DNA from: Octopus vulgaris
Taxonomy: Eukaryota
Direction of reading: 5' to 3'
DNA: 64,000 nt
NCBI GenBank assembly: GCA_951406725.2
Contig: OX597820.1
Span: 38,068,001 to 38,132,000 of the forward strand
In this document: piece after piece, positions 54,215 to 64,000 of the stretch
Numbering within the stretch: position 1 is the stretch's first letter
Layout: each line of letters starts with the position of its first letter
Position numbers and translations under genes: made by a program
The notes under the pieces: generated by a model
What the model was told of the DNA's origin: nothing
Seen by the model: the letters and a program-made list of their open reading frames with translations, nothing else
Database searches by the model: none

Positions 54215-55140
54215 GAGTAAATTTACACTTACCTCGTTACATTTAATAAACAACTTCAGAATGATTATAGGGAAAAGAAAGGTAAAGAAAGAAAAAGAAA
54301 AAATTCGTTAAAGGTAAAGGCTTACATTTTAGCGACTTGTATATTTCCACATGTTAGTTGATTCCTTCTTTGGATGCGTGTGACAGTAAGTGGGGACAGT
54401 GACTATTTGACCGGTAGTGATGGCCGAAGGAATTATACCTGGTGGGAATATCCGGTGTTGTTATAAGTAACGCGAAATTGTGTCTTCTAAGTTAGTCCCT
54501 GTAATTTCAAAGGAAGCCCTTGTATAAAACTAAGGATGCTATTTAAATTTTGTACGATATAGTGTATACAAATGGGCTATGTAAACGAAAAGGAAAATGA
54601 GTTGAAGAGTACATAAAAATCATTAAAATCAATAGAAAATTATAACGTGTCATGTGGGTCGGTAGTCTAGCTATCAAGTGGATTAATATATAGGATTAAT
54701 ACCCTAGTATACTACGTAGATTATAATATATAGTTCGGTTAATTGGTTTAAAATGTGAAGTGAAGTTAAGTTATGTGGTAAATGGGATGGTAAAGGGAGG
54801 TAATGTAGGGATTAGCTATATTTAAAGAATAAGTCGGGTTTAACGATATTTCGAGAATAAAAATTTATCTCCCTTAACCATCAAGTCACTAAAATATAGG
54901 CCTTTAGCTGTAACGAACTCTTTTCTCTTTCTTTTTTCTTTTTCTTTCTTTGCCTTTCTTTTCCCTCTCATCATTCTGGAGATGTTTTTTAAATGTAACG
55001 AGGTAAAGGTAAATTTACTCCAAATTGAGAAAAAGAAACAGCTGTAAATGTTCCAAATTCAATTAAATAATGACTTTTAAACACTAAGGATCCACTTCTC
55101 ATTGTTAATTATTGCTCAGTTTCTTATCTTCTCTCCTGCC
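54215..55140 (+). mobile_element. Older Penelope-like cassette with inverted arms (about 54215-54340 / 54882-55020) and a tail
   Basis: GAGTAAATTTAC..TTACCTCGTTACATTTAA and its reverse complement; the right arm runs into a hammerhead-like motif and the tail ends in (CT)n(TA)n. Confidence 0.6.
54972..55050 (+). ncRNA. Decayed type I hammerhead-like motif with a long loop 2
   Basis: catt-CTGGAGA-TGTTTTT...GAGAAAAA-GAAA-C-agct-G-TA-aatg. The inverted copy reads catt-CTGAAGT, so the ancestral core was probably CTGAAGA. Confidence 0.55.
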
Positions 55141-58139
55141 CTCTCTCTCTCTCTCTATATATATATTTATATATATGCAGGAGTGGTCGTATGGTAAGAA
55201 GCTTGCTTTCCATTCACATGGTTCTAGGTTCAGTCCCACTGCATGCAAAGTTGGGCAAGTACCTTCTACCATAGCTTAGGGCCAAGCAAAGGCTTGTGAG
55301 TGGATTTGATAGAAAGAAACTGAAAGAAGTCCGTCGTATGTATTTATATATGTATGTGTGTGTGTCTGCGTGTGTGTACATATGTATACATACAATTATA
55401 TATTATAAAAACAGCACTGCATGACAAATCCTTTAGTTGGGTCTTTGCAAAATATAGTTGTGACACTTTTATAACGGAAAAATTGTAGAAGTTTCCAAGT
55501 GATATTTTCTCAGTTGTAGAAAAACCAGGCTAAATCGGCTACTGTATTATCGATTACTCACGCCAATGCCCTGCTGAGGAAGCTGCCTTGGATTTTTATT
55601 GATACGATAAACTGGAATATTTACTTTTCCATCTTCAGTGAGGGGGGATTATGGCAAAATTGAACCCGGTAGTACAAACTGATGAAACACTCGTTAATTA
55701 TATATTAATTATACATACAATTATACATAAGGCGGGCAAAATTCTTAGCGATGCTTCGTCCGTCAATATATTCAGAGTTCAAACTCCATTGGGGTCGACT
55801 TTGCTTTTCATCTTTCGAGGTCGATAAAATAAGTACTAGTTGAGCACTGGCGTCGATGTGATCGACTCGGCCCATCACCCGAACATGCTCGCCTTGTGCC
55901 AAAGTTTGACACCAATTACATATCAGTCTCACTTTAGGAAGTGTGAAGTGCTAGTCGAGTTCGGGAACAGCAGCTGTATCAAGGGGCGTTACGCATTTGC
56001 CGAATAACAAACCGAATAGCGACCCCCCCCCAAAAGCCAAAGTTAAAATTCAAATCAAGAAAATAAATATAAAATATCTTTGTCAAATGGTTTGACAGTA
56101 TCTACGTACCTCATTCGCAACTATACCGATTCTCAACACTGCATATATAAACGTCTTGGTCAGGAGCAAACTGTAGGGTTAGTAAAAATATAAGAACTGT
56201 AGATATTCAGATTTGTAGTTTGATGCTCTCTCACTCAGTATGTTGTATCGGAATCAGTTAGCAAAGCTAGAATGAAATACTTTCAAATCAGAAGAAACCG
56301 TAAGATAGAGACTTGCCACTTTTGTTCATCGAAGCTTTAACAAGATGGAAGAAAATTATACGAGTATAATCTCTTGACATTCACTTTTTTTCTGTGGGAA
56401 GTATTGAGCAGTGACAGTTACTAAAAATACTGAAATTGTTGGGAGAGAATCATGCAACTCAGTATGTCTGTAACTAAGTTAACTAGGCTAGAAATGAAGT
56501 GTCATTCACAGTTATGATGTAGATCATCTATCGGGATACAAGTCGCCGACACTATCAGCTGGTTTCTCTCTATTGTATTGCCGTTAACAATAAACGTTTT
56601 ATAGGAGTGGTGAATCTGTCAGAAGCATCAAAAAATTTAGCACAAGTTGTATATTTCAATCATCTTAAACAAGAAAATTGATACATTGCATGATGTAATC
56701 CTTGATATGCTCATAAGATGATTGGAATGCATATGTCACGGTTGGAATGCGTTTGATCATAAGTCGATTTGTCCTATCCTTGAACGAATCCTTAAATCCA
56801 TCGGTTTGGAGAAGTATTTTTATTTTATCGCATTCGGAAGAGTGGAAGGCAAAGTTGCCGTCGGCTAGATTTCAACTTACAATGCAGAAATCTGAACATT
56901 ATGGATTCAGGTAACATGTATTTTACCTGACTCTCTAACGATTTTGCCAAGTTTCCGCCCTTTAATGTTTTCTAGGATAATGGTCAAAATTGCAGTCAGC
57001 TTCATTTATAATTTCCCAAATTAACAATGAAAGGAGATAATTCGAGCTAAAAGTTGCAAAAGCATTTTTCGTAATGGTAAGTTGCATTATCAAAAATAAA
57101 TAAATAAATGAAAATAGAAGATAATGTTTTTGGTTTTGTTGCTTCTAAGTAAGTGATTTTTTGCACTATATAAGAGAAAACAAATTACATTATCCTGATT
57201 GGCCATTAACAGTCATGTGGAAACTATTATTGAATAGAATTCTGAGGTGTTTCTATTAACGTTATTTTCAATGTGATGTATTATATTAATTATTTTCTTT
57301 AATGAAATCATTGTCAAAATCGGTTTCCAAGAAGGTGATAAAATAGCTTTTGTCACGGAAGTAAGGAATACAGGAAGTTTAATGATATTATCTGAGTCTG
57401 AAATGGTAATATAAACTACAGAGTGATTTTATCTTAAATACATTATAGCAAGGAATAGTAACTAAAGAAAATAAAGTAATAATGAAACATACAATGTGTC
57501 TATATTTAAAACAGTATTATGTGATTTAAATGAGATCTGTCTGCTATTTCTAGCTCGTCGAGCGACCGCGTTCATGCTTCATCGTTTTCTACCTCGTAGA
57601 TTTCTTTTTCTTTAGATCCGAGGAGAAATAGGAAGCAACTTCGGGTTTTCTATAGATCACTGTAATTGAATGAACTTATTTTGGGGATGATAAACACCGG
57701 AAGAGAAGTAAATTGAAAGTGATAGAGAAATAGTGAGGAGAAGTGCGATATCTAGATAGATAGAGGGACAAAGATAGAGAGGGAAAGAGAGAGGGAGGAA
57801 TTTAAAAAAAGGGAGCAATTGAATTGTTGTCCCTGACAAAGTATGAATCTGAGATCTTATATTTACTAAATTTATAATCATAATCCAGATAACCAGAGTG
57901 CGAAAGAATATCAGGTGGGTGTAGGGTAGAGATAATTACAGCTGGATTTCTTAAAGGGGCAGAAACAGTTGTAATAATGCTAGAAGAAAGATAAGGGAGA
58001 TGCAACGAGATATCTTGATGAGCTCCTAGTTGTAGAGTGAAGTTCTAACTGTTGACCCTTACCGTGAAACACTGATGTGGCTCTGTGATGAGTTGTGCTG
58101 TCATATCTCATAATTCTCTTGGTCTGTAGCTGCTCCATC

Positions 58140-59850
58140 TATGAGATAAAAAATTAGGAAATATCTGAGTATTTTGGTTTATTTGATCATATCCATCCTA
58201 TGATATACACAATGTTCCCCGACGGTAAAATAATCTTCCAGGACCGTAATGCACTAATACACATGGCTAATGCTAATGTTATCCAAAGTCGGTACGAAGT
58301 ACTCAAAAATAATTTTCACCACTTGGGTTAGACCTAAAATCACCAGATCGCAATATACGAGGGACGTTCAATAAGTAATGCCCCTGACCCACTTGTAGTT
58401 GGTTGATCTAGCTGAAATGTTGTATGTGCATTTAATTATATCTCTATAGATTAAGTGGTAAATTACAGCTCTGAACTAATTGTGGTTTCTGATTTACAGG
58501 TGTTTGAACTGAGTCAAGTGTCAAATGGAGCCGGCTGAGTGTCGAGCAGTGATCCGGTTTTTGTATTTGAAAGGACGCACACCACGGAAGACTTCTGATG
58601 AAATGAAAGTAACGTATGGTGATGATGCCCCATCATATGAACTTGTAAAACGCTGGCATCATGAATTCAAACATAGTCGGATCTCTATGGAAACAGCTCC
58701 CAGATCTAGTCTCCCCCCTTCTGCCATTGATGAGGCATCTGTCCGTCAAGTTGAGGCTGCCATTTTGGAAGATCGACGCATAACTATCCGCCAAATAGCC
58801 CATGAGGTCAAGATTAGTACCGGGTCTGTGGAAACTATCATTCATGACCATTTGCATATGCAAAAGGTGTCTGCCAGATGGATTCCCAGGTTGCTTACAC
58901 ATTTTCAGAAGCAAGAACGCGTCGAGTGCTCGAAGATGAATTTGGAGATGTGCCAAGAAGATGAGTCAAAATTTTTCAAACGAATGATTACACAGGATGA
59001 AACCTGGGTCCATCACTATGATCCATAGACCAAAGCCCAGTCAATGTAGTGGAAGCACCGTGACTCACCTCCTCCAAAGAAGGCAAGGGTGCAGCCCTCC
59101 GCTGGCAAGGTCATGCTCAGTCTTCTGGGACCAGGACAGAGTGGTGATGACAGATTTCCTGGCAAAGGGTACCACAATTATAGGAGCCTATTATGCTTCA
59201 CTTTTGAGGAAATTAAGAGAAGCTATCAAAATCAAGTGGCGGGGCAAGATCAGCAAAGACATTCTCCTCCTGCAGGACAACGCTCTGGTCCACAACTCGC
59301 GTGTCGCCAGATCAGAAGCACAGGCGTGCGGCTATGAACTCCCCCTACTCTCCTGACCTTTCACCCTCTGATTTTCACCTCTTCCCAGCCATGAAGTTGT
59401 TTTTGAAAGGAAAGCGTTTCCCAGATGATGCAGCCTTGATTTCTGAAGTCACGTCGTGGTTGGAGGTCCAAGCTGAGGTCTTCTACAAAAACGGTCTCCA
59501 GAGCTGTATCAAACAATAGGAGAAATGCCTAACTCTGGGTGGTTTCTATGTAGAAAGAAACCACCCAAATTTCGTTGCTCTACTGCTATGGGAAATGGGT
59601 CAGGGGCATTACTTATTGAACGCGCCTCGTAATCGGACATTTATAAGGCATATTGAAGAGGGAAGTGAGCGTCTCTTCTCACTGCCATTTTTGCTGAAAA
59701 AGCTAAACTATCTTTTACTTGACTATTGCACCAAAATACCCCTGACAACCGTTCAGAACATGTTCGAAGTTATTCCTTGTTATATTAAAGCTGTGACTGA
59801 TACCGAAGTTGGACTCCATATTATGTAATAAAACCTCCATTTAGTAATGT
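58140..59850 (+). pseudogene. Tc1-like transposase relic split by the mariner insertion
   Basis: Left flank: DHIHPMIYTMFPDGKIIFQDRNALIH...PKSPDRN; right flank resumes IIGHL*GILK, matching Tc1 FQxDNAPxH...SPDLNxIExLW. Confidence 0.65.
58358..59629 (+). mobile_element. Full-length mariner transposon, copy 2 (transposase pseudogene 58525 to about 59560)
   Basis: Same TIRs as 31827-33083 with TA TSDs; 167-aa N-terminal ORF 58525-59028 ending at WVHHYDP*; QDNA and YSPDLSPSDFHLFP motifs downstream. Confidence 0.95.
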
Positions 59851-59903
59851 GTTACCATTATTTTATCGAACTCTATACGTTACTCATCAAAAATATAAGA
59901 ATA

Positions 59904-59952
59904 CAGTGTGTTAACTCAGTTTCCGAACAACTGTGATCGCGATTAAATCGTG

Positions 59953-59998
<46 letters not shown>

Positions 59999-60162
59999 AT
60001 ATGGATATAGATATAGATATAGACATATATAAAGCACGATTTCTTCGTGATTAGAGGCGTTCGTAAACCGCGGTACTACCGTATTAAATTAATATGAGAA
60101 AAACAGGTGATAAAGTACGATTTATTCATGATCAGAGTTGTTCGAAAACCGAGGTTCTACTG
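59904..60162. mobile_element. pogo/Tigger-like MITE with a duplicated right end and an internal (TA)n
   Basis: Left end TA-CAGTGTGTTAACTCAGTTTCCGAACAAC..AATCGTGCTTTA. Two inverted counterparts end at 60081 and 60162 (reverse complement CAGTAGAACCTCGGTTTTCGAAC). Confidence 0.6.
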
Positions 60163-61563
60163 TCCTTGATTTGCAATAACTTAGAGATCGATTGATTTAA
60201 CTCTGTATCTAGCAGTGTGTTCTGTCAATGGCTGAGACCATCTCGTACATACTTATCACTTTGTTGACCAGTGGAAGGAAATAATAGGTATGTCAAATTT
60301 CCCCCATAAATATAGCTACGTGTTATTCCAATCACCTAATAACATAAACGAACACAGAACTATAGGCATCAATACCACTTAATGTGTCAAGGCATATGTA
60401 AAGAAAAATGCATAAGTTTTAATTATGTAAGCAAAATACGGTGACCTGTACCACATGCTCAGCCAAAGATGGCCTCAATGCCTGGGGAATAAAAATGTGT
60501 ATTCTCGATAAAAGAAACTCGTGAATACTTGTGACATTTATTGTTTTTTCAAGTCAATTTATTCCTGTCGATTCAAATTTGGTAAGCGTTGTGTTAGCAT
60601 TGGTCAAAATCGAAAAGAATTTCGAACGCTTTTATAATTTAGTCTAATTTGTGGACTTTCACCTATATTTCAATTTATTGAAATTTATTAGTGAGCTATA
60701 CAAGGACCTATATACGGAAACGCATATAAAACATTTTGTGTTAAGCGCGTTGGTCTTGTGCACAACATAACATTGATGATGTAATGCATACGACAATCAA
60801 TACGATATTCTCATCAACGTCATAAGCTGTGGGTGGTTTCTTTCGCTAGACAATATTAATGTAAACTAAGTGAAATGCTTCAAACAAGGAATGAAAATCA
60901 GTTTACAAAATCTCTAGCGATGTTAGATTACCTTTGCTTAATATCTGAGCGAGCAGAAAAAAAAAAGAATGATCGCAATTGTTAATTAAATAGCAACAGT
61001 TCATTACGTATTTCCTATTTTGTTCTCAGTGTTTAGAATTTTATTGCTCTCAATAAAAATTATGTTTGCAAAGGTTTTCAATTAGACCAGCATTTGTAGC
61101 TTTGTAGCTTTCAATAAAATGAATAAAATTGTGTTATGTGTCCTGGAAATTCTTTGAAAATGGATTTTAACTGAAATGTTCAACTGGAAATTGTAGCTTT
61201 TCCTCCTTAATCTTTTGGTTTTGAATTTTAGTATAGAAAAATTACTTTGTGAACTGATCCCTGCTGAGAATTTAACAATGCTGGTGAGTGATAAAATAGT
61301 CAGCTAAGGGGTATAGTGAAATATTTTAATAAAACGCTGTTGCATAGGTCTAAGTATTTAAGGAGTATAATTTCCTGTAAGCCGTATTGCCTCATGGCCC
61401 CAGCAGAAAAGGCGGTACCCTGGAGGATGGGTAGTCTTGTAGTTAGCTTATATATTCGAAGAAATTGTTCAGAAGTATCCATCTATCCATCAATACGTCC
61501 ATCGATCGATCCATCGATCGATCGATCGATCCATCCATCCATCCATCCATCTATCTATCTATT

Positions 61564-61598
<35 letters not shown>

Positions 61599-62899
61599 CT
61601 CTATCTATCTATATATCTATCTACCTATCTATCTATAAACGTATATATAATGTCTGTATTTGTGTTTGTATGTGTATGTGCAGACCACACAGCAGATCAA
61701 GTATTTCCTTTCTAGTAGTTCTTGATTTCTAGTATTTCTTGCCTTCTAGTATTTCTTGCTTTCTAGTATTTCTTCAGAGATGGAAATTAACTTACAAAAA
61801 TATTGAACAATATTTACATTAATGACCTAAGAGAAAACAATAATTGAGGAAAAGAAAAAAGTCAAAGTGAAATAAAATCTGGCTTGGAGAAGTAATATGA
61901 AACATATATGTCTAACGGATTTTCTAATTAACCATTACATGAAAAGCCTTGAACGGATATTTATATAGAGGATAAAATAATAGAAACATCTGGTTATAGA
62001 ACAATGGAAAGGATGACAGAATGTAAGGAAGTGAGAAGGAAAGAAAGACTGCGAGAAAGAAAGAAAAGGGGAGGCATTTCACATGGTTTACTTGCGTCTT
62101 AAACTATTTAAATTAAATGCTAAATTTTTCTAGGATTTATTACAATTTATTACTGTCTGTCTGATTGTCTGTCTGATTGTCTGTCTGATTGTCTGTCTGT
62201 CTCTCTATCATATATTTGAGAAAATTCTGTGTATTTCAATGTTATTTCGCCATCTCTGTCTTTGCATATAGTTCCTATCGATTGCTTCTAAGTCGACAGC
62301 AAAGGCTTCAATCTCCGTGTTTTAATTTTCTGCTTCTCCTTGTCTCTCATTGAAAGCTTTGCTGCTTCCAGACTCGTCCATCTTCCTTTCTCTATCTTCC
62401 AAAATTCGACTCTTTTTTTTATCTCTTTGTGTTTTGTTCAACAATATCTCCGTTCCTCTTATTCAATCGACACTTCATCTCTTTGTTTTCGTTTATCTTT
62501 TAGTGACTTGGCGCTATTAATTTCTCTTCCTATTTTCTCTTCCCTCAATCTAATTTTTCAAACTTCTCTAACTGCCAACATCCTTCTATTATTATCATCT
62601 CTTACTTACCCTCGTCAATCTCTCCTACTTTTTTCCACTTCTCCGTCATTCTGTTTTTAATTCATTTTAATTAATTTAAGCGCGAAATAAAATTTTGTGG
62701 ATGAGAGTTAAAATTACAGCCACTAACAAATATAATTTTCCATTTTATTACCGATTCCTGCATGAATTAAAATGAAATAAAAGTTAAACAGAAATTCATG
62801 AAATACGACTTTAAATATAAAATGTAATTGCTAGGTAAAAAAGGTGAAAATAAAAGCTGGAGTATAAGCGTTAAGAATCGAATTAAACTGCAATAAACA

Positions 62900-63683
62900 G
62901 TGACGAAAATTCTCACCAATGCCATACTATTCTCTGAGACAACGGACGCAAGAGTCGTAAAGTGTAGTCACCCTAATTGCGGAAAATGTCCCAATCTGTT
63001 GGAAGGATCGGGATTCCATATCAGGCAAGGAGACATATTCATGATCACCTGCACCTTCCAAAACCTCATCTACGTAATTAGATGCTTGAGCTGACATTGA
63101 AATTTTAGTGGATCAACAGACAAAAAATTTCCTCCCCATAATGTCGTCAAATATACCTCAGTAAACACATTGACGAATATGCAGAACGATTACAACCACA
63201 ATGCGAAATTTTCCCATTTTATCAACTTGCCTCTGGACCTCACGTCTGAATAAAGCAGTCTCATTTATCCAAAAATATAAACCAGAATGAAATATGAAAC
63301 TTTATTAAAAATAAAGGACTTACCCCATCGAATGGAAGATGTAAGCCAGAATAAAGCAGAGAATATACAAAACTAAAAAATAACTACAGATTTACTTCTC
63401 TTGTACTACTGCAAAATAAATGAGTGAAAAATTATGGTCCCTAGCAATGTTTTTCCCTAGCAATTTTACCTCTTTCAATTCTCACTTTGATGAACAATAC
63501 GAAACCGGCCCTTACTTGAATTATCTTGGAAGTACAAAACCTTATTTTGTACAAAATTGTATAATCTCTTTATTATAATGGCTGTAATATACTCTTAAAT
63601 CCTGTAAAACAGATCTGTGTTTTTTCATCTTATCTTTCTCTCGATTTATATCGACTACGAGTGTTTCCCCACTGAAATATTTC

Positions 63684-63690
<7 letters not shown>
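62900..63690 (+). mobile_element. Degenerate Penelope-like (Neptune-type) GIY-YIG fragment plus 3' end
   Basis: KCSHPNCGKCPNLLEGSGF..QG....TCTFQNLIYVIRC aligns with KCGRPNCGICDYLIEGSEF..QG..FTCASENLIYSLTC of the 24-27 kb element; ends at (TA)n. Confidence 0.75.
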
Positions 63691-63725
<35 letters not shown>

Positions 63726-64000
63726 TTCTGCTTTCATAATGATAGATAAATTATTTATCGAAACTGCCTTTCTCGGAAATAGGAAAGACTGAGACGATGT
63801 CTTAATATTTGTCAGTGCAATGATAGAAGCACTCGCAATATCTTCTTCAATCAATTACGCTAATCCCACCACTCCCACTGACCGTCACCACCACAACTAC
63901 TACCACCATCCCCCCATGCAATAATATGAATGGACTATATGACGTAAGTTCCAGCTTCCATTGAGCTAAACCACTTTAAACCACCAGCTGCTGGCAAGGC

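Overview
Eukaryotic, AT-rich, microsatellite-dense DNA with no recognisable host gene exons, so it is probably intergenic or deep intronic. The repeat complement suggests a cephalopod (Octopus-like) genome; this is inference. Almost all ORFs in the track are simple-repeat artefacts. The one substantial coding element is a young-looking Penelope-like retroelement (Neptune-type RT plus GIY-YIG endonuclease, about 24150-27900). It has near-identical inverted pseudo-LTRs, sits in a (TA)n array, and is broken only by two homopolymer frameshifts. Each pLTR carries a minimal hammerhead ribozyme with a compensatory U3-A8 core. At least six other distinct hammerhead-like motifs lie in short microsatellite-embedded cassettes, including a 361-bp terminally redundant retrozyme-like unit. 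Also present: several mariner/Tc1 relics (one nested in another, two sharing a stop codon, and a two-left-end foldback family), hAT and pogo MITEs, Helitron-like and LINE relics, three tRNA-derived SINE families (one with three alternative 3' tails), and several long inverted repeats. All alignments and counts were made by eye.
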